A stretch of DNA of 64,000 bases from NCBI GenBank assembly GCA_965242725.1, contig CBDESZ010000005.1, positions 32,001 through 96,000 of the forward strand, given 5' to 3'. The position numbers were made by a program, and so were the translations under genes. How positions within the stretch are numbered: position 1 is the first letter of the stretch; each line of letters opens with the position of its first letter. The stretch is from Alkalispirochaeta sp. Lineage in GTDB: Bacteria > Spirochaetota > Spirochaetia > DSM-27196 > Alkalispirochaetaceae. Below are positions 55,654 to 64,000 of this stretch, one piece after another. The notes under the pieces were generated by a model. The model searched no databases and had not been told where the DNA came from. It saw nothing but the letters and a program-made list of their open reading frames with translations.

Positions 55654-57156
55654 ATGATTGAGATGTTAATATCAGGTTTCGCGGCGGTGTATGCCGACCC
55701 GATGAGCATTGCCATGATCTTTCTCGGTGTCCTGGTGGGTATCGTCTTTGGTGCGTTGCCCGGGCTTACCGTGGTTGCCGGATTGTCGATGTTTCTCCCC
55801 ATTACATACGTGATGGCGAGCAATGTCGGACTGTCGATGCTGACCGCCGTCTATATTGGAGGTACGTCGGGAGGACTCATTTCGGCGATCCTTCTCAATA
55901 TTCCCGGAACACCCGCCTCCATCGCGACCACCTTTGACGGCTCACCGATGGCAAAGAACGGTCAGGCGGGAAAAGCTCTCGGCCTCGCGGTTTTTGCGTC
56001 GCTGATCGGCACCCTGGTCGGTGTCCTGGTGATGACCGTGTTATCGCCGACCCTCGCCATCCTTACCCTGAAGTTCGGGCCATGGGAGTACTTTTCGGTT
56101 ACGTTCTTTGCATTGACGCTCATTTCCGCCCTTACCGGGAAATCGGTGTTAAAGGGACTGCTGAGCGCCCTCTTTGGAATGATGTTTGCAACGATCGGTC
56201 TTTCTCCGATCGACAGCGCCCGGAGATATACCTTCGGGAGTTTGCAGCTGACCAGCGGTTTTCATCTCCTGGTGGTGCTGGTCGGACTCTATGCGATCAG
56301 CGAGGTGCTCTCCACCGCGTCCGCAAAACAGGCGCCGGTGAAAGTACTCAGCTATAAGATGAAAGGCCTCGGATTCTCGCTGAAGGATCTCAGCGGTAAC
56401 TGGATCAACCTCATACGGAGTTCGCTGCTCGGTCTCGGAATCGGGATACTTCCCGGCATCGGAGGTTCCACGAGCAATATTATTGCCTACTCGGTTGCAA
56501 AAAACTCGAGCAAGCATCCCGATAAATTCGGAACCGGAATTCCCGATGGAATCATCGCCTCGGAATCCAGCAATAACGCGTCCATAGGTGGAGCGATGAT
56601 TCCCCTCCTGACGCTCGGCATACCCGGCGACGGAGCGACGGCAATTCTTCTCGGAGGTTTCATGCTCCACGGCATGACTCCCGGTCCGCTTCTTTTCCAG
56701 CAGAACGGGGAGCTGGTTTACAACATCTTTGCATCCATGATCCTCGGAACGGCGATCATGGCGATTCTGATGTGGGGCGCGATGAGAATGATTGTGCAGG
56801 TGCTCAAGGTTCCGACCCACATCCTGGTGCCCCTCATCGTGGTGCTCTGTTCGATAGGTGCCTACGCGCTGGGCAACCGTGTATTTGACATGTGGGGGCT
56901 GTTGCTGTTTGGTGTCATCGGGCTCCTGATGTCCCGTTTCAAAATACCGGTACCACCCTTTATTCTCGGATTCATCCTTGAGGGCGCATTGGAGACCAAT
57001 CTGAGAAGAGGACTTGAATACTCCAATGGAAATTTCTGGGATGTCTTTACCCGTCCCATCAGCGCCATGTTCCTCGCCCTGACGGTTCTGTCCTTTGCCA
57101 CGACGATGATCAGGCAATACCGTGCGTCCCATGCAACCGGGGAAGCGCAGAAATGA
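55654..57156 (+). CDS. tctA: Tripartite tricarboxylate transporter large subunit
   Basis: GALPGL, IPGTP, ESSNNA, LGIPGD and PGP.LF motifs. Confidence 0.95.
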   Translation: MIEMLISGFAAVYADPMSIAMIFLGVLVGIVFGALPGLTVVAGLSMFLPITYVMASNVGLSMLTAVYIGGTSGGLISAILLNIPGTPASIATTFDGSPMAKNGQAGKALGLAVFASLIGTLVGVLVMTVLSPTLAILTLKFGPWEYFSVTFFALTLISALTGKSVLKGLLSALFGMMFATIGLSPIDSARRYTFGSLQLTSGFHLLVVLVGLYAISEVLSTASAKQAPVKVLSYKMKGLGFSLKDLSGNWINLIRSSLLGLGIGILPGIGGSTSNIIAYSVAKNSSKHPDKFGTGIPDGIIASESSNNASIGGAMIPLLTLGIPGDGATAILLGGFMLHGMTPGPLLFQQNGELVYNIFASMILGTAIMAILMWGAMRMIVQVLKVPTHILVPLIVVLCSIGAYALGNRVFDMWGLLLFGVIGLLMSRFKIPVPPFILGFILEGALETNLRRGLEYSNGNFWDVFTRPISAMFLALTVLSFATTMIRQYRASHATGEAQK

Positions 57157-58493
57157 GCGCGAAAGAGAAGTTTCCCGTTGTAACTGAAATGCAGGTCATT
57201 CCCGTTGCCGGGAACGACAGCATGCTCCTATCCCTGAGCGGAGCGCACGCCCCGTTCTTTACCCGCAACATCGTGATCCTGAAAGACTCCTCGGGGAATA
57301 CGGGATTGGGCGAAGTCCACGGCGGAGAGGCGATAACCCGGGCCCTTGAAGAATCGGTCCCCTATGTTGTGGGCAGACAGATCAGCGAGTATCGGTCCAT
57401 TCTCAAGGTCCTTACCGATCGTCACAACGCACGATCACGGAACAGCGAAGGGCTGCAGAATCTGTCACTCTCCAACCTCAAGGATGTCGTCCACTCCGAG
57501 ACGGCTGTTGAAAGTGCACTCCTCGATCTGTGGGGCAGGTTTCTCCAAATGCCGGTATGTGACCTCCTTGGTGACGGGAGACAGCGCGAGGAAGCGGTAA
57601 TCCTGGGCTACCTGTTCTACCAGGCAGACCGGAAAAAAACCGATCTGCCCTATATCGATGAGAGCGACAGCGCCAACCCCTGGTTTCGCATACGACGCAA
57701 TGAAGCGATGGACAGTCGTGCCATTGTGGAACAGGCACAGGCTCTTCAGGAGTTCTACGGGTTCCGGGACTTCAAGCTGAAAGGCGGTGTCCTGGAGGGT
57801 GAAAAGGAGATGGAAGCGGTTGAGGCACTGGCTGCCCGATTTCCCGACGCGCGGATCAACATCGATCCAAACGGGGCGTGGAAGCTGGATGAGGCGGTGG
57901 ACCTTTGCTCAGGCAGCAGTCTCACCTACGCCGAAGATCCGTGCGGAACGGAGGCGGGGTATTCCGGAAGGGAAACGATGGCCGAGTTCAAGATGCGGAC
58001 GGGTATCCCCACGGCAACCAATATGATTGCCACCGACTGGCGGCAGTTCTACCATTCGGTCGGTCAGAAATCGGTGGACATCGTCCTCGCCGACCCCCAC
58101 TTCTGGACGATGAGCGGTTCGGTACGGATTGCCCAGGTTCTGAACGACTGGGGGCTCACCTGGGGATCCCATTCCAACAACCATTTCGATATTTCTCTCG
58201 CGATTTTTGCACATTGTGCCGCCGCCGCACCCGGCAATATCACCGCCATGGACACACACTGGATCTGGCAGGACGGTCAGCATTTGACAATGGAGCCCCA
58301 TCGTATTGAAAACGGGGTGATTCGTGTTTCCGACGCCCCCGGCCTTGGCATCGACATCAATATGGATGCCGTGATGAAGGCCCATGAGGTGTACAGGAAG
58401 CTTCCCTTCGGCGCCCGAAACGACGCGATCGGGATGCAATACCTCATTCCGGACTGGACTTTTGACAGCAAGCGACCATGTATGGTTCGATAG
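57153..58493 (+). CDS. Second glucarate dehydratase-family enolase (GudD/GudX-like paralog)
   Basis: Same catalytic motifs as gudD, with a divergent N-terminal capping domain. Confidence 0.88.
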   Translation: MSAKEKFPVVTEMQVIPVAGNDSMLLSLSGAHAPFFTRNIVILKDSSGNTGLGEVHGGEAITRALEESVPYVVGRQISEYRSILKVLTDRHNARSRNSEGLQNLSLSNLKDVVHSETAVESALLDLWGRFLQMPVCDLLGDGRQREEAVILGYLFYQADRKKTDLPYIDESDSANPWFRIRRNEAMDSRAIVEQAQALQEFYGFRDFKLKGGVLEGEKEMEAVEALAARFPDARINIDPNGAWKLDEAVDLCSGSSLTYAEDPCGTEAGYSGRETMAEFKMRTGIPTATNMIATDWRQFYHSVGQKSVDIVLADPHFWTMSGSVRIAQVLNDWGLTWGSHSNNHFDISLAIFAHCAAAAPGNITAMDTHWIWQDGQHLTMEPHRIENGVIRVSDAPGLGIDINMDAVMKAHEVYRKLPFGARNDAIGMQYLIPDWTFDSKRPCMVR

Positions 58494-58515
58494 TATTCAT
58501 TCAGGAGCAGAATCA

Positions 58516-58890
58516 ATGTCGACAAAGATTGCCATGACGATCGACGGGAAGCGGTTCAACGGTGAACTGAATGACTCCCCCACGGGGCGGCACGTTCTCG
58601 GGATGCTTCCATTACGCTTCACAATGAGTCGCTGGGGTGACGAGTATTACGGCTCAATCGGCCGTGGATTTGACCTCGAAGAGGACGCCCGGGATGTGCT
58701 GGACATCGGTGAACTCGCCTATTGGCCGCCGGGGTCCGCTCTTTGTCTCTTTTTCGGACCAACGCCGGCCAGTGTGGCCGAAGAGCCGCGCGCCGCATCG
58801 GAGGTGAATCCGATCGGCACCATAGACGGGGAGCTGTCGGTGCTCAAGGGAATGGGGTCTGCCGTCGAGGTGACACTGGAAAAGGCGTAG
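58516..58890 (+). CDS. Cyclophilin-like fold protein (DUF369-like)
   Basis: WGDEYY and GELAYWPPG.ALCLFFGPTP motifs. Confidence 0.85.
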   Translation: MSTKIAMTIDGKRFNGELNDSPTGRHVLGMLPLRFTMSRWGDEYYGSIGRGFDLEEDARDVLDIGELAYWPPGSALCLFFGPTPASVAEEPRAASEVNPIGTIDGELSVLKGMGSAVEVTLEKA

Positions 58891-58922
58891 GGGGATCGCC
58901 CCTGCCGCTATTGCCTTGACCG

Positions 58923-59789
58923 TTACTGCCCCGCCAGTGATCCCGCCGTCAGCCCCCGCAGGAAATACCTTCCCGAAATGACATACACCACCAATGTGGG
59001 CAGGCCGGCGATTATCGCCCCGGCCATGTCCACGTTGTATTCCTTCACGCCGGTACTGGTATTCACAAGATTGTTGAGGGCCACCGTAATTGGCTGACTG
59101 CCGCTTCCGGAAAAGGAGACACCAAAGAGAAAGTCGTTCCATATTTGCGTCGTCTGCCAGATGACGGAAACCATGAATATGGGGCCCGATATTGGAAGGA
59201 GAATGCGCAGAAAGATCGTAAAGAATCCGGCGCCGTCGATTTTTGCCATTTCTACCATAGCGGTGGGGACGGAGACGTAATAATTCCGGAAGAAGAGGGT
59301 CGTAAAGGGAATCCCGTACACAACGTGGACAAATACAAGCCCGCTGACGCGCTGGGCCATTCCCATCCAGCCGAGGGTCTGGGACATCGGCAGAAGGATG
59401 ACCTGAAAGGGAATGAAGCAACCAAGGAGAAGGGCGGTAAAGAACGCCTCGCTCCCGGAAAAGCGCCATTTGGAAAAGACGTATCCGTTAACCGCGCCGA
59501 TGAGGGTGGAGATCACGACGGCGGGTACCACCATGCGGACGGAGTTCCAGAAGTGGCCGTTCAGGGTGGACCACGCCTTGACCCATGCGTCGAAAACCAC
59601 CGCCCTTGGGAGTGTCACGAGGGTGCCGGTGCGGATATCGGCGAGGGTCTTCAGTGAGGTGTTGATCATGATCAGGAAAGGGACCAGGAACACCATCGCC
59701 GCCGCCGCAAGAAAAATGTAGACGAGAAACATATGGGCGACGTTGGCGGAACCGGGGCCGGCGGTCATGCGTGCCTTTTCAGTTGCCAT
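58923..59789 (-). CDS. Carbohydrate ABC transporter permease (GtsC-like)
   Basis: EAA-type E.AKIDGAG, WNDFLFG and KEYNVDMA motifs. Confidence 0.93.
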   Translation of the reverse strand: MATEKARMTAGPGSANVAHMFLVYIFLAAAAMVFLVPFLIMINTSLKTLADIRTGTLVTLPRAVVFDAWVKAWSTLNGHFWNSVRMVVPAVVISTLIGAVNGYVFSKWRFSGSEAFFTALLLGCFIPFQVILLPMSQTLGWMGMAQRVSGLVFVHVVYGIPFTTLFFRNYYVSVPTAMVEMAKIDGAGFFTIFLRILLPISGPIFMVSVIWQTTQIWNDFLFGVSFSGSGSQPITVALNNLVNTSTGVKEYNVDMAGAIIAGLPTLVVYVISGRYFLRGLTAGSLAGQ

Positions 59790-60702
59790 CGCGGGTTCCT
59801 CGCAATTCGTAAAAGAGATAGGGAACGACGATCACCATCACCATGATGAACATGACGACGGAACTCGCGGCGCCCAGGGCGAGGCGATCGTATTTGAAGG
59901 AGAAATCGTACATGAACGTCGCCGGCATGTCGGTGGCGATACCGGGCCCCCCCTGGGTGAGGACGACGACGAGGTCAAAGCTCTTTATCGAGAGGTGGGC
60001 GAGGACGATCACAGCGCTGAGAAAGACGGGACGCAGCATGGGGATGAGAATGTACCAGTAAATGGAGGTCAGCCTGGCGCCGTCCACCTGGGCCGCTTCG
60101 GGAATGGAGGAGTCGATGCTCCGCAGCCCCGCCAGAAAGAGGCTCATCACATACCCGGCGGATTGCCAAACCGCAGCGATGACGAGGGTGTATATCGCCA
60201 TTTTTGTATCCACCAGCCATCGGAAGGTAAAGGTCTCAAATCCAAGATCCCGGACGAGCCGCTCAATGCCGAGGGAGGGATTCAGAATCCACTTCCAGAT
60301 CGTTCCGGTCACGATGAAAGAGAGTGCCATCGGATAGAGGTATACGGTCTGGAGAAACCGTTCGCCCCGTATTCGCTGGTCCAGGAGAATTGCCAGCAGA
60401 AGGCCGACGATGATGGATATGCCGATATAGAGGGAACTGAATACTCCAAGATTGCGCATGGCGATGGTCCATCGTTCCTGTCGTACAAAGAGGGTGACGT
60501 ACTGCACAAACCCTTCCAGCTCATACCGGGGAAGCATGCGGGAGTCGGTGAAGGAAATCCACAGCGTCCACAGGATGAACCCGTAAAAGAAGACGATCGT
60601 CACGACAAGGGTCGGAACCAGCACGAGCCGCGGAACGATCGGTCTGCGTCGCCCTGTCAGGCGGCGTCCTTTTCTCCGAGCCTGGGATTCGCCTGCCGCC
60701 AT
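59779..60702 (-). CDS. Carbohydrate ABC transporter permease (GtsB-like)
   Basis: LYPMALSFIVTG..WKW and EAAQVDGA motifs. Confidence 0.93.
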   Translation of the reverse strand: MAAGESQARRKGRRLTGRRRPIVPRLVLVPTLVVTIVFFYGFILWTLWISFTDSRMLPRYELEGFVQYVTLFVRQERWTIAMRNLGVFSSLYIGISIIVGLLLAILLDQRIRGERFLQTVYLYPMALSFIVTGTIWKWILNPSLGIERLVRDLGFETFTFRWLVDTKMAIYTLVIAAVWQSAGYVMSLFLAGLRSIDSSIPEAAQVDGARLTSIYWYILIPMLRPVFLSAVIVLAHLSIKSFDLVVVLTQGGPGIATDMPATFMYDFSFKYDRLALGAASSVVMFIMVMVIVVPYLFYELRGTRDGN

Positions 60703-60729
60703 ACATCCTCCTTCCCGTTGACGGAAACG

Positions 60730-60755
60730 CGGCGGGTATCGGGTGATACCCGCCG
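60730..60755 (-). other. Intercistronic hairpin after the SBP gene
   Basis: 11-bp stem CGGCGGGTATC/GATACCCGCCG. Confidence 0.55.
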
Positions 60756-60788
60756 GATTTTCGGATTGTCATGTCGACCGAAGACGCG

Positions 60789-62081
60789 TCAGTTTGCCCC
60801 TCGAACGGCACTCGCCAAGTTGGCCGCGGCGTCCCGGGCGGACATATTGGAGTTCACAAAGGTCGTAACCGTGTCGAGCATCGCACCCCGGATAGCCCGG
60901 GATACGGCCATTTCATGAGCCATACTGGGAATCAGGTTTCCCGTCTCGGCGGCGGCGGCAAAATCCTGCATCGAAAGTCGCGCCGGAATGTCGAAGGGAT
61001 CCGGTGACATGCCCATGCGTACCGGTATCGACCCCTTGTAAATGTTGAAGGTTTCCTGGAAGGAGGGCGCCAGTATCAGGCGCGCCATCGCCCGCTGGGC
61101 CGCTTTGTCCGCCGGATCATCGACATCGAACATGATGAAGCTGTCGATGTTGAATATGAACTGATCGCTCGTACCCGGTGCGGGGGCGGCGATGTAGTCC
61201 CGGTCCGGAACCTTGTCGGCGGCGGTAAACTCACCCTTTGCCCAGTCACCCATGAATTGCATCGCCGCATCACCCTCGATGACCATTGCAGTTGCAAGGT
61301 TCCAGTCCCTCCCCGGCGCACCGGGATCGGTAAAGCTGTGAATCATCCGTAGTGTCTCAAAAACCCGCACCATGGTGGGGCTGTTGATCGCGGCGGGATC
61401 GGCCTCAACCATCGTTTGATTGTAGAAATCGGTTCCCCCGACACCTGCGACAACGGTCTCAAAGACGGTAGCTTCCTGCCAGTCCTGACCGCCCCATGCG
61501 ACGGGAATGTAGCCGGCCGCTCTGATAGCCCGTGCCGCCGTTGCAAACTCTTCCCACGTCGTCGGAATATCCACGCCGGCAGCGGCAAAGACTTCGGGAT
61601 TGCACCACATCCAGTTTATGCGGTGTACGTTGACCGGTACGGCAACCCAGTTTCCCTCATACTTCATGATGTCCGCAACGACCCCCGGAATGAGGCGGTT
61701 CCAGTTTTCGTCCTGAGCGACACCGTTCAGGTTGGTCAGGAATCCTTCCTCCGCCCACGCCTGAATTTGCGGTCCCTTTACCTGCGCCGCCGTCGGCGGA
61801 TTTCCCGCAACGGCACGTGAGCGCAGCGCGGTCATTGCGGCATCACCGCCGCCCCCGGCTACGGCAAAGTCGGTCCATGTGTGTCCTTCCCCTTCCAGCT
61901 GCTCCTTCAGGACTTCCACCGCCGCGGCCTCACCTCCCGAGGTCCACCAGTGGAGCACCTCCACCTCGCCTTTCAAATCCCCGGCCGGCGCCATCCCGCC
62001 CGTCTCGCGTTCACCCCGCGCAAAGACAAGGGCGACACAGGCGACAGCCAGAACCAGCAGCACCAAAACCCGTTTTGTCAT
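60789..62081 (-). CDS. Glucose-type ABC solute-binding protein (GtsA-like)
   Basis: VEVLHWWTSGGE, PVNVHR.NW and MQFMGDWAKGEF motifs; GAGGAGG SD before ATG 62081. Confidence 0.9.
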   Translation of the reverse strand: MTKRVLVLLVLAVACVALVFARGERETGGMAPAGDLKGEVEVLHWWTSGGEAAAVEVLKEQLEGEGHTWTDFAVAGGGGDAAMTALRSRAVAGNPPTAAQVKGPQIQAWAEEGFLTNLNGVAQDENWNRLIPGVVADIMKYEGNWVAVPVNVHRINWMWCNPEVFAAAGVDIPTTWEEFATAARAIRAAGYIPVAWGGQDWQEATVFETVVAGVGGTDFYNQTMVEADPAAINSPTMVRVFETLRMIHSFTDPGAPGRDWNLATAMVIEGDAAMQFMGDWAKGEFTAADKVPDRDYIAAPAPGTSDQFIFNIDSFIMFDVDDPADKAAQRAMARLILAPSFQETFNIYKGSIPVRMGMSPDPFDIPARLSMQDFAAAAETGNLIPSMAHEMAVSRAIRGAMLDTVTTFVNSNMSARDAAANLASAVRGAN

Positions 62082-62114
62082 GTCTGCCTCCTCATATTGA
62101 GTTTCCATTGGGGA

Positions 62115-62130
62115 AGCAATCTCCGTGCCG
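62115..62130 (-). promoter_or_regulatory. Sigma54 (-24/-12) promoter of the sugar ABC operon
   Basis: Minus strand reads CGGCACGGAGATTGCT = GG-N10-GC, matching TGGCAC-N5-TTGC. Confidence 0.8.
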
Positions 62131-62246
62131 GCCAGGAGCAGACTGTGTAATTCATTTACCGGGATATATTTATGATCGTCGAATGGCGGACTTTCGGCAC
62201 AAAGAGCGGTTCAGATCAACCGGTGCCGCCGGCGTGGCGGTCCATT

Positions 62247-63584
62247 TCAACCAGCCGAAATGCCGTGTTTCCTCAGGCGGTAGCGGAGGCGGCTGCGGGA
62301 AATCCGGAGCATCCGTGCGGCGGCCGATACGTTTCCCCCGCACGCCGCGAGCGTTTCCTTCAGGGTCGTCTTTTCCCGGGCGTCGAGTTCGCTTTCGCCC
62401 TCGGCTCGCCAGCCCTCCTGGCCTAGAGGCTGCATGTCCGCGGGCAGATCGGCGACGTCGATCTGCCGATGACCGGCAAAGACGACGGCTCGCTCGATAA
62501 CGTTGCGAAGTTCCCTGACGTTTCCGGGCCACCGGTAGCGGATGAGCGTCGCTTCCGCTTCCCGGGACAGTCCCGTAATCCCTTTCTTCAGTTCCCGGGC
62601 GGAGCGGGCAAGAAAGATATGTGCCAGCGGAATGATGTCGTCTTGCCGGTTCCGAAGGGACGGAATATCAATGGTGATCGTGTTGATCCGGTAGAACAGG
62701 TCTTTTCGGAACGTCCCCCGTTCCACCAGTCCGGCGAGGTCCCTGTTGGTTGCGCAAATGATGCGGGTGTTTATGGTGATGGTGGTCGTGCTCCCCAGAG
62801 GTTCAAACTGCTTTTCCTCCAGGAGGCGCAGGAGTTTGGCCTGAAGTGCCGGGGTCAGATCGGCAATTTCGTCCAGAAAGAGGGTCCCCCCGTCGGCCAG
62901 ACGTACCTTCCCCTTGAAGTCGCCGTCTGCACCGGTGAAGGCTCCCCGGCGGTAGCCGAAGAGTTCGCTTTCAAGGAGTGTCTCCGGAATGGTGGGACAA
63001 TTGATTGCAACAAACGGCCGCCCCTCTTCGCCGGATAGCCGGTGAATCACCCGGGCGACAACGCCCTTGCCGCTGCCGCTCTCACCGGTTATGAGTACCG
63101 GTGCCGGAGTCGGGGCGACCCTGGCGGCGGTTCTCGCAACCTGTCGCATCGGTTCACTTTCGCAGACAAGCTCATCCCGATGGAGAATTTCATTCAGTCG
63201 GCGATTTTCATCTGAGAGGTACTCCACCTCAAAAACACGATCGATGACCCTGCAAAAGACGTCTTTGTTGAAGGGCTTGGTGATGAAATCAATGGCACCT
63301 CGTTTCATAGCTTCCACCGCAACTTCAATGGTGCCGTAGGCGGTAATGAGAATGAGGGGGATGTCGTATCCGTTCTCCTTCAGGTGTTCGAGGAGACCGA
63401 TCCCGTCAAGGTGCGGCATCTTGAGATCGGTCACGATCAGATCGACGATCTCACCATCACGTATCCGGTCAACCGCTTCCCTGCCGTCGGCAGCGGTCGC
63501 AACCGCGTAGCCCCGGCTTTCCAGCAGAATCGTGAGGGCTTCGCACATATTGGGTTCATCATCGACGATCAGTATTCGTTTCAT
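62247..63584 (-). CDS. Sigma54-dependent response regulator (NtrC/AtoC family)
   Basis: Receiver domain (VDDE, TDLKMP), GESGSGK, GAFTGA, LDEI, WPGNVREL and Fis-type HTH. Confidence 0.96.
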   Translation of the reverse strand: MKRILIVDDEPNMCEALTILLESRGYAVATAADGREAVDRIRDGEIVDLIVTDLKMPHLDGIGLLEHLKENGYDIPLILITAYGTIEVAVEAMKRGAIDFITKPFNKDVFCRVIDRVFEVEYLSDENRRLNEILHRDELVCESEPMRQVARTAARVAPTPAPVLITGESGSGKGVVARVIHRLSGEEGRPFVAINCPTIPETLLESELFGYRRGAFTGADGDFKGKVRLADGGTLFLDEIADLTPALQAKLLRLLEEKQFEPLGSTTTITINTRIICATNRDLAGLVERGTFRKDLFYRINTITIDIPSLRNRQDDIIPLAHIFLARSARELKKGITGLSREAEATLIRYRWPGNVRELRNVIERAVVFAGHRQIDVADLPADMQPLGQEGWRAEGESELDAREKTTLKETLAACGGNVSAAARMLRISRSRLRYRLRKHGISAG

Positions 63585-63608
63585 ATTCTCCGCCTGAAAC
63601 TCCTTCAC

Positions 63609-64000
63609 CTACAGGGTAACGAGAAATGTGGACCCCTCTCCCGGCCTGGATCGGCAGTCGATCGTACCATGGTGCTGTTCAATGATGCGGTGGACGATTG
63701 AAAGTCCGAGGCCCGTACCGTTTGATTTGGTCGTAAAAAAGGGATTGAAAATATTGCCGCCCACGGACTGGTCAAAACCGGATCCCCAGTCACGAACTTC
63801 GATCTTCAGGCGGCCGTCCCGTGTGGCCGCCGATATGCGTACTCGTCCGTCCGGGCGGGACGCCTGGATCGCATTCAGGACGAGGTTGGCCACCACCTGC
63901 TCTATAAGGCTTCTGTCCATTTCATGGTCCGCCGCCGTCTCGAGACCGGTCGTTTCGACGGTCAGTTCGGGAAATCTGTCCAGGGGCAGACTGTCGAGGG
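63609..64000 (-). CDS. Sensor histidine kinase, C-terminal HATPase domain (partial)
   Basis: NLVLNAIQA, D.G.G, FNPFFTTK and GTGLGL motifs. Confidence 0.92.
   Translation of the reverse strand, partial: LDSLPLDRFPELTVETTGLETAADHEMDRSLIEQVVANLVLNAIQASRPDGRVRISAATRDGRLKIEVRDWGSGFDQSVGGNIFNPFFTTKSNGTGLGLSIVHRIIEQHHGTIDCRSRPGEGSTFLVTL

Overview
Gene-dense, GC-rich bacterial chromosome segment, most likely from a free-living anaerobic spirochaete (Spirochaeta/Alkalispirochaeta-like). That placement is inferred from 'xAGGQQE' solute-binding-protein N-termini, a lipoprotein + LysM pair and an Lsa36-like outer-membrane protein. I found no rRNA, tRNA, CRISPR array, transposase, integrase or phage gene. 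In order, the window holds: the end of an [FeFe]-hydrogenase operon; an M23 peptidase split from its membrane anchor at a T9 run; a GNAT-RimK-like ATP-grasp fusion; an operon of ThDP enzyme, HisC-like transaminase, betaine-type ABC importer and aldehyde dehydrogenase; zupT-ypdA; a cation:proton antiporter operon with a PTS-EIIA/PII-like fusion, a probable double-psi-barrel protein, a TPR protein and rubredoxin; a second ThDP/transaminase pair opposite a TAXI-TRAP transporter and GntR; a lipoprotein with a flavinylation motif; PLD-DedA plus an EEP protein; an AraC-linked SDR/GH88/TIM-barrel/Gfo cluster; a CdaR-controlled glucarate pathway with non-enterobacterial parts; and a sigma54-driven glucose-type ABC transporter next to its two-component system. 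The best candidates for undescribed systems are the antiporter/EIIA-PII operon, the Ehrlich-type betaine-importer operon and the GH88 cluster. All assignments come from motif reading, not database searches.
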